NCBI RefSeq assembly: GCF_017348835.2
Contig: NZ_CP071375.1
Length of the DNA stretch: 64,000 nucleotides
Direction: 5' to 3' (one strand)
Origin: Escherichia coli
GTDB taxonomy: Bacteria; Pseudomonadota; Gammaproteobacteria; Enterobacterales; Enterobacteriaceae
Part shown: positions 45,533 through 58,044 of the stretch, piece by piece
Position numbering within the stretch: the stretch's first letter is position 1
Layout of the letters: the number at the start of each line of letters is the position of its first letter
Program-made: the position numbers and the translations under genes
The notes under the pieces: generated by a model
What the model was told of the DNA's origin: nothing
Databases searched by the model: none
What the model saw: only the letters and a program-made list of their open reading frames with translations

Positions 45533-46256
45533 CCTGAACGCCGATCTGGGCGAAGGCTGCGCCAGCGACGCAGAGCTATTAACGCTGGTTTCCTCTGCCA
45601 ATATTGCCTGTGGATTTCATGCAGGCGATGCGCAAACCATGCATGCTTGCGTGCGTGAAGCAATAAAAAATGGTGTTGCAATTGGCGCTCACCCGAGTTT
45701 TCCCGACAGGGAAAATTTTGGTCGCAGCGCCATGCAGCTGCCGCCAGAAACCGTTTACGCCCAGACGCTGTATCAAATTGGCGCGCTGGCAACGATTGCC
45801 CGTGCGCAAGGCGGCGTAATGCGTCATGTCAAACCGCACGGCATGTTGTACAACCAGGCGGCGAAAGAAGCACAACTGGCAGACGCCATCGCCAGAGCGG
45901 TATACGCTTGCGATCCAGCATTGGTTCTCGTTGGGCTGGCAGGAAGCGAGCTGATTCGTGCAGGCAAGCAATATGGCCTGACAACGCGCGAGGAAGTGTT
46001 TGCCGATCGCGGTTATCAGGCTGACGGCTCGCTGGTGCCGCGAAGCCAGTCAGGCGCGTTGATTGAAAACGAAGAACAGGCGCTGGCGCAAACGTTGGAG
46101 ATGGTGCAACACGGCAGAGTCAAAAGTATCACCGGCGAATGGGCAACAGTCACGGCGCAAACGGTCTGCCTGCATGGCGACGGCGAGCACGCACTGGCGT
46201 TCGCCCGCCGACTACGCTCTGCATTTGCCGAAAAGGGGATTGTTGTCGCAGCATAA
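45522..46256 (+). CDS. pxpA: 5-oxoprolinase subunit A (LamB/YcsF family)
   Basis: 244-aa ORF recognised as YbgL/PxpA. Confidence 0.9.
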   Translation: MKIDLNADLGEGCASDAELLTLVSSANIACGFHAGDAQTMHACVREAIKNGVAIGAHPSFPDRENFGRSAMQLPPETVYAQTLYQIGALATIARAQGGVMRHVKPHGMLYNQAAKEAQLADAIARAVYACDPALVLVGLAGSELIRAGKQYGLTTREEVFADRGYQADGSLVPRSQSGALIENEEQALAQTLEMVQHGRVKSITGEWATVTAQTVCLHGDGEHALAFARRLRSAFAEKGIVVAA

Positions 46257-46291
46257 CCCCGATTAATAAAGAATGAAAAAAGGATATCACC

Positions 46292-47083
46292 ATGCCTGAA
46301 GGCCCGGAGATCCGCCGTGCAGCGGATAACCTGGAGGCGGCGATCAAAGGCAAACCACTAACTGAAGTCTGGTTTGCCTTCCCGCAGTTAAAATCTTATC
46401 AATCACCACTTATCGGTCAACACGTTACCCATGTGGAAACGCGTGGTAAGGCGTTGTTAACTCATTTTTCCAACGACTTAACGCTCTACAGCCATAATCA
46501 GCTTTACGGCGTCTGGCGCGTGGTTGATACCGGCGAAGAGCCGCAGACCACGCGAGTATTGCGGGTAAAACTGCAAACGGTTGACAAAACCATTCTGCTT
46601 TATAGCGCCTCGGATATTGAGATGTTGAGGCCGGAACAACTGACCACGCATCCGTTTTTACAACGCGTTGGTCCCGATGTGCTGGATCCGAATCTGACGC
46701 CGGAGGTGGTAAAGGAACGGCTATTGTCGCCGCGCTTTCGTAACCGTCAGTTTGCTGGATTACTGCTCGATCAGGCGTTTCTGGCAGGACTTGGCAATTA
46801 TTTGCGGGTGGAGATCCTCTGGCAGGTTGGGTTGACTGGAAATCATAAAGCGAAAGAACTCAATGCGGCGCAACTGGATGCACTCGCACACGCGTTACTG
46901 GATATTCCTCGATTTTCCTACGCTACGCGGGGGCAGGTGGATGAGAATAAGCATCATGGGGCGCTGTTTCGCTTTAAGGTTTTTCATCGTGATGGCGAAC
47001 TGTGCGAACGCTGTGGCGGCATCATTGAGAAAACCACGCTGTCATCTCGCCCGTTTTACTGGTGTCCGGGCTGCCAGCACTAG
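46292..47083 (+). CDS. nei: endonuclease VIII (DNA glycosylase / AP lyase)
   Basis: 263-aa ORF with N-terminal [14 protein letters not shown] (catalytic Pro2) and a C-terminal zinc finger CxxC...CxxC. Confidence 0.95.
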   Translation: MPEGPEIRRAADNLEAAIKGKPLTEVWFAFPQLKSYQSPLIGQHVTHVETRGKALLTHFSNDLTLYSHNQLYGVWRVVDTGEEPQTTRVLRVKLQTVDKTILLYSASDIEMLRPEQLTTHPFLQRVGPDVLDPNLTPEVVKERLLSPRFRNRQFAGLLLDQAFLAGLGNYLRVEILWQVGLTGNHKAKELNAAQLDALAHALLDIPRFSYATRGQVDENKHHGALFRFKVFHRDGELCERCGGIIEKTTLSSRPFYWCPGCQH

Positions 47084-48126
47084 GCCGTACGTTTCGGCGC
47101 ATAGGTTGAAATAAACCGCGCAATGGCAGGCCCTGTCAGCAAAATACTGAACAGGCGCAGGGTTTGCATCGCCATAATGAGCGCCATATCGGCATTGCTC
47201 CCTGCGGCGATGACCGCCACGGTATCAAGCCCGCCGGGGCTGGTGGCGAGGTAGGCAGTCATAAAATCAATGTGCATAAACCGGGTCAGTCCCCACGCCA
47301 TACCCGCACAAATAGCCAGCAGAGCAAAAATCGACAGCAGGATTTGTGGTAGCGGGCGTAGTGCCCGCAGTAAGATTTGTTTATCGAAACCAAGACCAAT
47401 CCGCCAGCCAATTGCCATATACGCCATCGCCAGCAGCCATTCCGGTAGTTCGATGGTGATGAGCTGACCAGACTGGAGCACTGCGCCCGCCAGCATCGGG
47501 ATGAGCATCGTGCCGGAAGGAAGACGCAGCAGGCATCCCACTGTACCGGCAACGACCGCGAGCAAAATAGTAAGCAGGAGATTAATGCTCACTGGCGGGA
47601 ACCAGACGATATGCTGGTTAACCGCTTCAGCGTTATCACCCAGCATCATGCGAGTGACCAGAACAGCGGCCCCCGCGACGAACAGCACTCGCAGATATTG
47701 CATAAACGCCACCAGGCGAATATCTGCGCCGTAATCTTGCGCCATAGCGACCATTGCCGCCGCGCCGCCAGGAGAGGAACCCCAGGCACCGGTATTTCCA
47801 GGCAATGAGCTATAGCGCACCAATAACCAACCCACGATGGCGCTGGAAAGCAGCGTTACCAGTAAAATTGCAAGCACGATCGGCCAGTTGACGGCCAGGG
47901 TGGTGAGAATCGAACCAGTGAGGTTTTGCGCAATCATGCAGCCAAGAATGGCCTGCGCGGCGAGAAAAGCGGAGCGGGGGAGTTGCAGGATAACCCCGCG
48001 CATACTGAAGATGATCCCGGCGATCATCGGCCCAAGTAATAATGCCGCCGGGAGATGTACCGCGAGGAAACCAATAGAAAGGAGAAGTGATAGCACACAT
48101 AACATTCCCCACTGCAAAACTGGCAT
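47080..48126 (-). CDS. abrB: AbrB-family putative membrane transporter / regulator
   Basis: Polytopic membrane protein recognised as AbrB/YbgN; two candidate ATGs (48141 and 48126), the second chosen to match the recalled 348-aa length. Confidence 0.85.
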   Translation of the reverse strand: MPVLQWGMLCVLSLLLSIGFLAVHLPAALLLGPMIAGIIFSMRGVILQLPRSAFLAAQAILGCMIAQNLTGSILTTLAVNWPIVLAILLVTLLSSAIVGWLLVRYSSLPGNTGAWGSSPGGAAAMVAMAQDYGADIRLVAFMQYLRVLFVAGAAVLVTRMMLGDNAEAVNQHIVWFPPVSINLLLTILLAVVAGTVGCLLRLPSGTMLIPMLAGAVLQSGQLITIELPEWLLAMAYMAIGWRIGLGFDKQILLRALRPLPQILLSIFALLAICAGMAWGLTRFMHIDFMTAYLATSPGGLDTVAVIAAGSNADMALIMAMQTLRLFSILLTGPAIARFISTYAPKRTA

Positions 48127-48274
48127 CCTTTGCTCCCTCATTATTTACTCTTTGGTGTATCGATACAGCATAAAGAATGCCGGGCATGGAAAAAATAACG
48201 GTAATCAATAAAAGCCGGAAAATTGGCAATTAACCGAAGAAGCCCTCTCCGGCTGGAAAGGGCAATAGGCTAAA

Positions 48275-49336
48275 TCAGTTGTAGTTAATTTTGAAAAGTA
48301 CCACTGTATCAAAGGGACCAACGTCGATGGGCGTACCCGGCGTGGATGACAATTCTGCCGTGTAGGTTTTTTCATACACTAACAGGTCGCTGGTAAAATC
48401 GGCATACTCACTGTATTTGTTGAAAGTATAGGGTGAGGCATTTTCATCCAACAATCGAAGCTTCAGGCCATTGCCAATGAGCAGTGATTTATCTTCGTCG
48501 ATAAGGGTTTCATCGGTATAAAACGAAGAGCTGACTTTAAAACCGTCGGTACACTGGTCGTTTTGTGATTTGGTTGTAGTTATTTTAAATTGCTGCGACA
48601 TCGTATGGCGACGAATATCCAGCACGTTAAATCGGCCAAAATCAACGACCTGGGTTTCAGGTGAGATAGCAAAGTTGACGCTGCAATCCAGCACGCGGAT
48701 ATTTTCCAGACCGGTAATGTGATATTTCAGATTCTTCGCGGTAGGGTCTTCGTTCACGCTGCCTGCGCCATCAAACTGTACGACGATGTAATCGCTGAGT
48801 TTGCTCTGATAATCATGGGGCGGCATGGCGCGAACTTTAACGTAAAGCCGCATACGCGCCACAAACGTCCGCGATTTGTGCATAACGGTTGGATCGCCGG
48901 AGCAAAGTTTATTTTGCCAGCCCATCGCAATGATCTGCTCCGGGGTGTAAATATCAATATTCTTACTGTCGATGCACTGATTCGTGTCGATGCGGCTTTT
49001 CCCAAGGCTTGCGTCATAGTCCACGCCTTCATAGGTTACGCCCAATTGATAATAGGGATCCTGAATACCGGGGTAAGGGTTTACCCAGGCGTAGACGTGC
49101 TCGCTTTCAAAATTACCGTTTGTGTTGTTGTCACAGTAGACCGGAATTTTTATATCGTCAGATTCCCAGATTTTATCGCCGGGTTTGGAATTGGCCGGAA
49201 CGGCGAAGGGCATAATAGCTTCCGATTTTTCTACAGCGCCGTTTGCGGTACCAAAATAGCAGTTCAGCGCCAGCGCCGCTTTTAGCGGCAAAAAAATCAG
49301 ACAGATGGCGAGCAACACGCCTTTGGCGAATCTCAT
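48275..49336 (-). CDS. ybgO: putative fimbrial adhesin (tip protein) of the ybg chaperone-usher operon
   Basis: 353-aa secreted protein with a signal peptide; last gene of the ybgD-Q-P-O operon. Confidence 0.8.
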   Translation of the reverse strand: MRFAKGVLLAICLIFLPLKAALALNCYFGTANGAVEKSEAIMPFAVPANSKPGDKIWESDDIKIPVYCDNNTNGNFESEHVYAWVNPYPGIQDPYYQLGVTYEGVDYDASLGKSRIDTNQCIDSKNIDIYTPEQIIAMGWQNKLCSGDPTVMHKSRTFVARMRLYVKVRAMPPHDYQSKLSDYIVVQFDGAGSVNEDPTAKNLKYHITGLENIRVLDCSVNFAISPETQVVDFGRFNVLDIRRHTMSQQFKITTTKSQNDQCTDGFKVSSSFYTDETLIDEDKSLLIGNGLKLRLLDENASPYTFNKYSEYADFTSDLLVYEKTYTAELSSTPGTPIDVGPFDTVVLFKINYN

Positions 49337-50064
49337 TTTTTATTCTCCACCGGCTGCAGGCGGCATTGCCGCTGGCAGGAGAGCGTGTTCATACGCAATG
49401 CGCCGTAGTCGTCCATGTAGCCAAGATAAAACTGCTTGCCGCTATAGCTGCCCGTGCTGGTGGTGACCGAACTGAACGGTGCGACCATCGTGCTTTTAAA
49501 GCCAGGCAGCACGCCTTTCTCATCCCGCCCAAGATAGGCAATAGTCAGATAGTATCCGGTCGGGTTTTTCAGGGTAAGCTGGTTATTCTGCTGGCTAACC
49601 TGTAGCTGTTGCTCAACATGATCGCCCATTTTTTTGCGTAATGCGGCGGGTCGCCAGAATAGCTTAATGCGACTTTGGACGGCGACTTGCAGGATCGCAT
49701 GGCCCTCGCTGCCTTCCGGGACAGGCGGAATTTCACGCAGGTTATAGTAAAAGAGAGATTCGCGATCGGTGGGTAATTTCGCGGTGGCGGCTTGTTTCAT
49801 GATCCGAACCTGCGAAGCCGCTTTTGGCTCCAGTCGCTGGATAGGCGGCAGGGCGACGAGAAATTCATCGCTTTTCTCTCCCTTTTCATTTTCTATCCAT
49901 GAATAGGCGAGGTAGGGGAGTTTATCGCTGCGGTTTTCCACGCGCAGGCTGGTTGCTTTATCTTTGCTATTAAAGATGATGCGCGTGCGGTCAGGCTGCA
50001 CTGCGCCGTGGCTGCACATACTGGCAACCAGAAGAATCAAAGGGAATCCTTTAACAAATGTCAT
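49333..50064 (-). CDS. ybgP: periplasmic fimbrial chaperone (PapD-like)
   Basis: 243-aa ORF with signal peptide and PapD-like fold motifs; 4-nt overlap with ybgO. Confidence 0.85.
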   Translation of the reverse strand: MTFVKGFPLILLVASMCSHGAVQPDRTRIIFNSKDKATSLRVENRSDKLPYLAYSWIENEKGEKSDEFLVALPPIQRLEPKAASQVRIMKQAATAKLPTDRESLFYYNLREIPPVPEGSEGHAILQVAVQSRIKLFWRPAALRKKMGDHVEQQLQVSQQNNQLTLKNPTGYYLTIAYLGRDEKGVLPGFKSTMVAPFSSVTTSTGSYSGKQFYLGYMDDYGALRMNTLSCQRQCRLQPVENKK

Positions 50065-50078
50065 CGTCTTTTCCTTAA

Positions 50079-52538
50079 TTAATGACAGGGTAAAATCAGG
50101 CGCTTAGTCACATCTTCCAGATGTTCCGGCAGATGAATGGCACACGTTTTCTGGTCGCCCCAGTGCACGGTAAATTGTTGATTTTCATCGACCCCACTCA
50201 GCCATGCGTGACCGTTTTCGCCAACCATCCCGACGCTGACACCGCCTTCAGCCTGGCGAACATCGGCACCGAGCGGCGGGAAATGCCCGTTAGCATCGCT
50301 GATAATGACGTTGAGATCTTTCCCGGCGCGGGACGCCAGCGATTTAAAGCCGATGGCGCCTTCGGTCCAGGTTTCTTTCACCACGTTTTCGGAAACGGTA
50401 ACGCCGTCAGGCAAGTCGTTCATATTGACCGCCACCGTCGTAGGCTGGTAGCTGGAAACAAACGGTACCACGGCAATACCAAAGCGGTTGGTGTAGTCAA
50501 TATTGCCCTGAATCGGAATATCGCCCACGCCGTCGGTGCTGACCATCAGGCGTGGTTCATTGGTGGAACTGCGGCGATGGAATGCCGCGCCATGTTGAGT
50601 CGCGGTAAACGAGCCGCTCCAACTGGCACTGGCGGAAGTGTAATCATTGGCGGCATAGGTTCCGGTCAGATCCCATTCCCCCGCCGAACTGAGGTGTTGG
50701 TAATTGCCGCTGACCTGCGCACCGTTATCCGGGCGATCGGATTGTATTCCAGCCGACATTCCCCAACTGTTTCGTTCATCCAGGGTATCGTTCCACGACA
50801 TGCGGTGGGTGGTACTATTACTGTTGTTCTGCATGTCATAACCCAGTCGACCACTTTCCCCAATCGGTAAGGAGATCGAAAAGTAAATCTGGTTGTCGCG
50901 ATCTTTATCTTCATAATGGGTGGTGTTGAACGAGGTCGAGACAGAAATATCTTTCCAGTCGCCAATGTCGACGTTAAAACCGGCGGTAATGTTGGCCGTG
51001 GTGGAGGTATCCGCATTCCACCAGCTCTGATGCAGGATGTTGGCGTAGAGATTAAGATTCAGCGGAGTAATAGGCTGACCGAAGGAGAGGCTGATGGTTT
51101 GCTTTTCATCCTGCGCGTCGGCGTCATTGTATTTGTGATCAATGTAGTTAGCGTAGCTGTGAAAATGGCGATCGGAGAAGCGATAGGCTGCCAATGAGAT
51201 GGTGCTGTTGGTCGCATCAACCTGTTTGCTGTAGTTAAAGCGGTAGCTGTAACCCTGCTCATCCTGTTGAGTATCAAAATGGCTGTCGGCCCAGGTCACG
51301 TCAAACGACAGCGCCCCCAGCCAGAGCATATTTTGCCCAATACCCAGCGCGCCGGAACGATAGTCATCGCCTGCGAGAAGCATGCCGCCATATAGTGAAG
51401 TGTTGGAGAGCATCCCCCAGGAGACTTCATGGCTAATGAAGGTTTCATCCTCGGTGTGGTGCGACATAGAGGAACGCGGGCGACCGGCAGCCAGTTTATA
51501 GCGCACCTGGCCCTGACGCGTCAGGAACGGGGTAGAGGCCGCTGAAACCTGGAAGTTATTCACCCGTCCATCTTCTTCGCTCACTTTGACATCCAGTGTA
51601 CCTTGCACTGACTGATTCAGGTCATCAATAATAAATGGGCCTGGCGGAACTTTTTTCTGGTAAATCACGCGACCAGAATGGCTTATCGTGACCGTGGCGT
51701 TAGTCTGTGCGATGCCGCTGATTTGCGGCGCGTAGCCGCGTAACTCCCAGGGGAGCATTCGATCGTCGCTGGCTAACGCCGCACCGGTATAGGAGAAACC
51801 ATCAAAAATGTTAGAGCTAAAATCGGTTTCGCCCAGGGTTAATCGGGAACCTATTTGCGGTAACGGGCGGAACAGGTAGGTCCGTGAAATCGCCCCGGAT
51901 TGTTCACGGTTGTCGCCGCTATCGGACTGGCTAAGCTGATAATCGCTGCGCAGACGCCATGCCCCGGCGTTGAGGCCCGTGGTGCCATAGGCGTTCAGGT
52001 TGTTGCTGCTGCTGCCGCTTTGTGGGCGATAAGTGCTGGCAAACAGGTTGTAATCCATCAGGAAGCCAGGAATACCGTTATTCCACGTTGAGGGTGGCGT
52101 CCAGTTTTCTGAATGCCACGCCAGCCATGCCTGCGGGATTGTAATATTGAGCTGTTGATTTGCCTGATCGAAAGTAAAGATGATTTCAGGGAAGACACTA
52201 AAATCGACACATTCTTTTATTGCCGGTAATTTTTTACGAAAGTCAGATTTAAGTCCGAAGAGTTCGATCAGCGATTCATTGATACAAGGAATAATTTTAT
52301 CGCCAGATTTTTGCCAGCGAATTTGTTGCCCATTACTGATTTTATTATTATTAACCGTAACACTAACAAAATAATCGCCGGGAGCTACGACGCCTTTTTG
52401 ATTGAGCAACGAAATATCAACGCTATCCCGAATCGACTTATCGAGAACGTTAAGGTTAAATTCAGCTGCCAGCGCAGGAGGGGTTACCATTGCCAGACAG
52501 GAAAGAACAGAGAGTCGATAAATATTCACGGCATCCAT
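50079..52538 (-). CDS. ybgQ: outer-membrane fimbrial usher
   Basis: 819-aa ORF recognised as the usher YbgQ; the exact start among nearby ATGs is not resolved. Confidence 0.85.
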   Translation of the reverse strand: MDAVNIYRLSVLSCLAMVTPPALAAEFNLNVLDKSIRDSVDISLLNQKGVVAPGDYFVSVTVNNNKISNGQQIRWQKSGDKIIPCINESLIELFGLKSDFRKKLPAIKECVDFSVFPEIIFTFDQANQQLNITIPQAWLAWHSENWTPPSTWNNGIPGFLMDYNLFASTYRPQSGSSSNNLNAYGTTGLNAGAWRLRSDYQLSQSDSGDNREQSGAISRTYLFRPLPQIGSRLTLGETDFSSNIFDGFSYTGAALASDDRMLPWELRGYAPQISGIAQTNATVTISHSGRVIYQKKVPPGPFIIDDLNQSVQGTLDVKVSEEDGRVNNFQVSAASTPFLTRQGQVRYKLAAGRPRSSMSHHTEDETFISHEVSWGMLSNTSLYGGMLLAGDDYRSGALGIGQNMLWLGALSFDVTWADSHFDTQQDEQGYSYRFNYSKQVDATNSTISLAAYRFSDRHFHSYANYIDHKYNDADAQDEKQTISLSFGQPITPLNLNLYANILHQSWWNADTSTTANITAGFNVDIGDWKDISVSTSFNTTHYEDKDRDNQIYFSISLPIGESGRLGYDMQNNSNSTTHRMSWNDTLDERNSWGMSAGIQSDRPDNGAQVSGNYQHLSSAGEWDLTGTYAANDYTSASASWSGSFTATQHGAAFHRRSSTNEPRLMVSTDGVGDIPIQGNIDYTNRFGIAVVPFVSSYQPTTVAVNMNDLPDGVTVSENVVKETWTEGAIGFKSLASRAGKDLNVIISDANGHFPPLGADVRQAEGGVSVGMVGENGHAWLSGVDENQQFTVHWGDQKTCAIHLPEHLEDVTKRLILPCH

Positions 52539-52587
52539 ACCTGAACAATATTCGCAAAAGGCGGCTAATCAGCCGCCTTAAAAAGGA

Positions 52588-53154
52588 TTATTGGTAATCC
52601 AGAACGTAAGTTGCGTTAGCAGTAACGGCCCCCGCGGTAACCGAAACTGCGTTATCCATCTGTTCCATCCAGGCAAAGAAGTTTAACGTTTGTTCTGTTG
52701 AACTTGCCAATAAGTCAATTGTTGGCGCTTCTGTTCCCAATACAACAAATGATTCATCTTTGTTCATGAGACGTACGCCAACGCCGGTAGCCTCGCCAGC
52801 ACTGATGTTACTAAGGAGCGGCGTTGCACCTGTCGTTTTAGCTGTGCTGTCGAAGGTCACGCCTACCTTTGAGACCACGCCACCGTTGCCATCATCCCAG
52901 CCTGCAATATCACAGTTGATTAAGCGAATATTGACAGGTTTTTTCTCGCTATGATGTTCTCGATTTATGTGGGATGTGGTTACTTCACCCAAGTCAATGT
53001 TCATATCAAGGTCATTAGGGTGAATTTCACAAGGTGCTTCAATAACTTCACCTTTAAAGTGGATTTCACCAGATCCTTCATCTGCAGCAAAAACAGGTGA
53101 AGCGAATAGTAGAGATATGGCCAGGGCGGCCAGTGTTTTTTGTCCTTTAAACAT
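52588..53154 (-). CDS. ybgD: fimbrial major subunit-like protein
   Basis: 188 aa from ATG 53154 (MFKGQKTLAALAISLLFASPVFA signal peptide); an alternative ATG at 53169 adds 5 residues. Confidence 0.85.
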   Translation of the reverse strand: MFKGQKTLAALAISLLFASPVFAADEGSGEIHFKGEVIEAPCEIHPNDLDMNIDLGEVTTSHINREHHSEKKPVNIRLINCDIAGWDDGNGGVVSKVGVTFDSTAKTTGATPLLSNISAGEATGVGVRLMNKDESFVVLGTEAPTIDLLASSTEQTLNFFAWMEQMDNAVSVTAGAVTANATYVLDYQ

Positions 53155-53480
53155 ACATGAATCCTTCATGGGCTATGATAAAGTATACTAATTATTCCGA
53201 CAGAATAGTGGTTTTTTGTTCATGTAATAATATTAATGTTGCTACATTATGTTTGAGAGTTTCTCAAAGCTCTCGAATCATAAATAAAGTGAATTAATCC
53301 TATTACGAGTTTATTTAATTGTGGGTGCTACCCAATGTATTCTACATCGATTGGCGGGATAACGGTGGTGGTGAATGAAAAATTAGGATTTTATTTAGTT
53401 GTCGGATATGTATTCTTGTAACGTGTAATTATGTATTTGTGTCCGATTACGTTTTTTTGTCGATAGACATAACTAACGAA

Positions 53481-53513
53481 CAAAAAAAAGCCCGCCAGAT
53501 ATTCAGGCGGGCT
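53481..53513 (-). terminator. gltA intrinsic terminator
   Basis: Hairpin agcccgcc...ggcgggct followed by U8 on the minus-strand transcript, about 30 bp 3' of the gltA stop. Confidence 0.75.
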
Positions 53514-53540
53514 AAACGATATATGGTTCAAATCAGATAA

Positions 53541-54824
53541 TTAATGTTTAACATCTGATTTAAAGTCTCGTTTTTCATAGCCGGTGTACAACTGGCGCGG
53601 ACGGGCGATCTTCATGCCGTCACTGTGCATTTCGCTCCAGTGAGCGATCCAGCCAACGGTACGGGCCATAGCGAAGATGACGGTGAACATGGAAGACGGA
53701 ATACCCATCGCTTTCAGGATGATACCAGAGTAGAAATCGACGTTCGGGTACAGTTTCTTCTCGATAAAGTACGGGTCGTTCAGCGCGATGTTTTCCAGCT
53801 CCATAGCCACTTCCAGCAGGTCATCTTTGGTGCCCAGCTCTTTCAGAACTTCATGGCAGGTTTCACGCATTACGGTGGCGCGCGGGTCGTAATTTTTGTA
53901 CACGCGGTGACCGAAGCCCATCAGGCGGAAAGAATCATTTTTATCTTTCGCACGACGAACAAATTCCGGAATGTGTTTAACGGAGCTGATTTCTTCCAGC
54001 ATTTTCAGCGCCGCTTCGTTAGCACCACCGTGCGCAGGTCCCCACAGTGAAGCAATACCTGCTGCGATACAGGCAAACGGGTTCGCACCCGAAGAGCCAG
54101 CGGTACGCACGGTGGAGGTAGAGGCGTTCTGTTCATGGTCAGCGTGCAGTATCAGAATACGGTCCATAGCACGTTCCAGAATCGGATTAACTTCATACGG
54201 TTCGCACGGCGTGGAGAACATCATATTCAGGAAGTTACCGGCATAGGAGAGATCGTTGCGCGGATAAACAAATGGCTGACCAATGGAATACTTGTAACAC
54301 ATCGCTGCCATGGTCGGCATTTTCGACAGCAGGCGGAACGCGGCAATTTCACGGTGACGAGGATTGTTAACATCCAGCGAGTCGTGATAGAACGCCGCCA
54401 GCGCGCCGGTAATACCACACATGACTGCCATTGGATGTGAGTCGCGACGGAAAGCGTGGAACAGACGGGTAATCTGCTCGTGGATCATGGTATGACGGGT
54501 CACCGTAGTTTTAAATTCGTCATACTGTTCCTGAGTCGGTTTTTCACCATTCAGCAGGATGTAACAAACTTCCAGGTAGTTAGAATCGGTCGCCAGCTGA
54601 TCGATCGGGAAACCGCGGTGCAGCAAAATACCTTCATCACCATCAATAAAAGTAATTTTAGATTCGCAGGATGCGGTTGAAGTGAAGCCTGGGTCAAAGG
54701 TGAACACACCTTTTGAACCGAGAGTACGAATATCAATAACATCTTGACCCAGCGTGCCTTTCAGCACATCCAGTTCAACAGCTGTGTCCCCGTTGAGGGT
54801 GAGTTTTGCTTTTGTATCAGCCAT
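53541..54824 (-). CDS. gltA: citrate synthase (type II)
   Basis: 427-aa [24 protein letters not shown]...; recognised as GltA. Confidence 0.97.
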   Translation of the reverse strand: MADTKAKLTLNGDTAVELDVLKGTLGQDVIDIRTLGSKGVFTFDPGFTSTASCESKITFIDGDEGILLHRGFPIDQLATDSNYLEVCYILLNGEKPTQEQYDEFKTTVTRHTMIHEQITRLFHAFRRDSHPMAVMCGITGALAAFYHDSLDVNNPRHREIAAFRLLSKMPTMAAMCYKYSIGQPFVYPRNDLSYAGNFLNMMFSTPCEPYEVNPILERAMDRILILHADHEQNASTSTVRTAGSSGANPFACIAAGIASLWGPAHGGANEAALKMLEEISSVKHIPEFVRRAKDKNDSFRLMGFGHRVYKNYDPRATVMRETCHEVLKELGTKDDLLEVAMELENIALNDPYFIEKKLYPNVDFYSGIILKAMGIPSSMFTVIFAMARTVGWIAHWSEMHSDGMKIARPRQLYTGYEKRDFKSDVKH

Positions 54825-55532
54825 TTAAGGTCTCCTTAGCGCCTTATTGCGTAAGACTGCCGGAACTTAAATTTGCCTTCGCACATCAACCTGGCTTTAC
54901 CCGTTTGTTATTTGGCTCGCCGCTCTGTGAAAGAGGGGAAAACCTGGGTACAGAGCTCTGGGCGCTTGCAGGTAAAGGATCCATTGATGACGAATAAATG
55001 GCGAATCAAGTACTTAGCAATCCGAATTATTAAACTTGTCTACCACTAATAACTGTCCCGAATGAATTGGTCAATACTTCCACACTGTTACATAAGTTAA
55101 TCTTAGGTGAAATACCGACTTCATAACTTTTACGCATTATATGCTTTTCCTGGTAATGTTTGTAACAACTTTGTTGAATGATTGTCAAATCAGATGATTA
55201 AAAATTAAATAAATGTTGTTATCGTGACCTGGATCACTGTTCAGGATAAAACCCGACAAACTATATGTAGGTTAATTGTAATGATTTTGTGAACGGCCTA
55301 TACTGCCGCCAGGTCTCCGGAACACCCTGCAATCCCGAGCCACCCAGCGTTGTAACGTGTCGTTTTCGCATCTGGAAGCAGTGTTTTGCATGACGCGCAG
55401 TTATAGAAAGGACGCTGTCTGACCCGCAAGCAGACCGGAGGAAGGAAATCCCGACGTCTCCAGGTAACAGAAAGTTAACCTCTGTGCCCGTAGTCCCCAG
55501 GGAATAATAAGAACAGCATGTGGGCGTTATTC

Positions 55533-55922
55533 ATGATAAGAAATGTGAAAAAACAAAGACCTGTTAATCTGGACCTACAGACCATCCGGTTCCCCATCAC
55601 GGCGATAGCGTCCATTCTCCATCGCGTTTCCGGTGTGATCACCTTTGTTGCAGTGGGTATCCTGCTGTGGCTTCTGGGTACCAGCCTCTCTTCCCCTGAA
55701 GGTTTCGAGCAAGCTTCCGCGATTATGGGCAGCTTCTTCGTCAAATTTATCATGTGGGGCATCCTTACCGCTCTGGCGTATCACGTCGTCGTAGGTATTC
55801 GCCACATGATGATGGATTTTGGCTATCTGGAAGAAACATTCGAAGCGGGTAAACGCTCCGCCAAAATCTCCTTTGTTATTACTGTCGTGCTTTCACTTCT
55901 CGCAGGAGTCCTCGTATGGTAA
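55533..55922 (+). CDS. sdhC: succinate dehydrogenase cytochrome b556 subunit
   Basis: 129 aa from ATG 55533 ([15 protein letters not shown]). Confidence 0.93.
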
Positions 55923-56263
55923 GCAACGCCTCCGCATTAGGACGCAATGGCGTACATGATTTCATCCTCGTTCGCGCTACCGCTATCGTCCTGACGCTCT
56001 ACATCATTTATATGGTCGGTTTTTTCGCTACCAGTGGCGAGCTGACATATGAAGTCTGGATCGGTTTCTTCGCCTCTGCGTTCACCAAAGTGTTCACCCT
56101 GCTGGCGCTGTTTTCTATCTTGATCCATGCCTGGATCGGCATGTGGCAGGTGTTGACCGACTACGTTAAACCGCTGGCTTTGCGCCTGATGCTGCAACTG
56201 GTGATTGTCGTTGCACTGGTGGTTTACGTGATTTATGGATTCGTTGTGGTGTGGGGTGTGTGA
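55916..56263 (+). CDS. sdhD: succinate dehydrogenase hydrophobic membrane anchor subunit
   Basis: 115-aa [22 protein letters not shown]...; overlaps sdhC and sdhA. Confidence 0.93.
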
Positions 56264-58029
56264 TGAAATTGCCAGTCAGAGAATTTGATGCAGTTGTGAT
56301 TGGTGCCGGCGGCGCAGGTATGCGCGCGGCGCTGCAAATTTCCCAGAGCGGCCAGACCTGTGCGCTGCTCTCTAAAGTCTTCCCGACCCGTTCCCATACC
56401 GTTTCTGCGCAAGGCGGCATTACCGTTGCGCTGGGTAATACCCATGAAGATAACTGGGAATGGCATATGTACGACACCGTGAAAGGGTCGGACTATATCG
56501 GTGACCAGGACGCGATTGAATATATGTGTAAAACCGGGCCGGAAGCGATTCTGGAACTCGAACACATGGGCCTGCCGTTCTCGCGTCTCGATGATGGTCG
56601 TATCTATCAACGTCCGTTTGGCGGTCAGTCGAAAAACTTCGGCGGCGAGCAGGCGGCACGCACTGCGGCAGCGGCTGACCGTACCGGTCACGCACTGTTG
56701 CACACGCTTTATCAGCAGAACCTGAAAAACCACACCACCATTTTCTCCGAGTGGTATGCGCTGGATCTGGTGAAAAACCAGGATGGCGCGGTGGTGGGTT
56801 GTACCGCACTGTGCATCGAAACCGGTGAAGTGGTTTATTTTAAAGCCCGCGCTACCGTGCTGGCGACTGGCGGAGCAGGGCGTATTTATCAGTCTACCAC
56901 TAACGCCCACATTAACACCGGCGACGGCGTCGGCATGGCTATCCGCGCAGGCGTACCGGTGCAGGATATGGAAATGTGGCAATTCCACCCGACCGGCATT
57001 GCCGGTGCGGGCGTACTGGTCACCGAAGGTTGCCGTGGTGAAGGCGGTTATCTGCTGAACAAACATGGCGAACGCTTTATGGAGCGTTATGCGCCGAACG
57101 CCAAAGACCTGGCGGGCCGTGATGTGGTGGCGCGTTCCATCATGATTGAAATCCGTGAAGGTCGCGGCTGTGATGGTCCGTGGGGGCCACACGCGAAACT
57201 GAAACTCGATCACCTGGGTAAAGAAGTTCTCGAATCCCGTCTGCCGGGTATCCTGGAGCTTTCCCGTACCTTCGCTCACGTTGATCCGGTGAAAGAGCCG
57301 ATTCCGGTTATCCCAACCTGTCACTACATGATGGGCGGTATTCCGACCAAAGTGACCGGTCAGGCGCTGACTGTGAATGAGAAAGGCGAAGATGTGGTTG
57401 TTCCGGGGCTGTTCGCGGTAGGTGAAATTGCCTGCGTATCGGTACACGGTGCTAACCGTCTGGGCGGCAACTCGCTGCTGGACCTGGTGGTCTTTGGTCG
57501 TGCGGCAGGTCTGCATCTGCAAGAGTCTATCGCCGAGCAGGGTGCACTGCGCGATGCCAGCGAGTCTGATGTTGAAGCGTCTCTGGATCGTCTGAACCGC
57601 TGGAACAATAATCGTAACGGTGAAGATCCGGTGGCGATTCGTAAAGCGCTGCAAGAATGTATGCAGCATAACTTCTCGGTCTTCCGTGAAGGTGATGCGA
57701 TGGCGAAAGGGCTTGAGCAGTTGAAAGTGATCCGCGAGCGTCTGAAAAATGCCCGTCTGGATGACACTTCCAGCGAGTTCAACACCCAGCGCGTTGAGTG
57801 CCTGGAACTGGATAACCTGATGGAAACGGCGTATGCAACGGCTGTTTCTGCCAACTTCCGTACCGAAAGCCGTGGCGCGCATAGCCGCTTCGACTTCCCG
57901 GATCGTGATGATGAAAACTGGCTGTGCCACTCCCTGTATCTGCCAGAGTCGGAATCCATGACGCGCCGAAGCGTCAACATGGAACCGAAACTGCGCCCGG
58001 CATTCCCGCCGAAGATTCGTACTTACTAA
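56263..58029 (+). CDS. sdhA: succinate dehydrogenase flavoprotein subunit
   Basis: 588 aa from ATG 56263 ([24 protein letters not shown]), FAD-binding fold. Confidence 0.97.
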   Translation: MKLPVREFDAVVIGAGGAGMRAALQISQSGQTCALLSKVFPTRSHTVSAQGGITVALGNTHEDNWEWHMYDTVKGSDYIGDQDAIEYMCKTGPEAILELEHMGLPFSRLDDGRIYQRPFGGQSKNFGGEQAARTAAAADRTGHALLHTLYQQNLKNHTTIFSEWYALDLVKNQDGAVVGCTALCIETGEVVYFKARATVLATGGAGRIYQSTTNAHINTGDGVGMAIRAGVPVQDMEMWQFHPTGIAGAGVLVTEGCRGEGGYLLNKHGERFMERYAPNAKDLAGRDVVARSIMIEIREGRGCDGPWGPHAKLKLDHLGKEVLESRLPGILELSRTFAHVDPVKEPIPVIPTCHYMMGGIPTKVTGQALTVNEKGEDVVVPGLFAVGEIACVSVHGANRLGGNSLLDLVVFGRAAGLHLQESIAEQGALRDASESDVEASLDRLNRWNNNRNGEDPVAIRKALQECMQHNFSVFREGDAMAKGLEQLKVIRERLKNARLDDTSSEFNTQRVECLELDNLMETAYATAVSANFRTESRGAHSRFDFPDRDDENWLCHSLYLPESESMTRRSVNMEPKLRPAFPPKIRTY

Positions 58030-58044
58030 TGCGGAGACAGGAAA

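Noticed and set aside
56233-57930. 565-aa ORF antisense to sdhA
   Set aside because: Shadow ORF opposite a highly conserved flavoprotein gene; low-complexity translation with no recognisable motifs.
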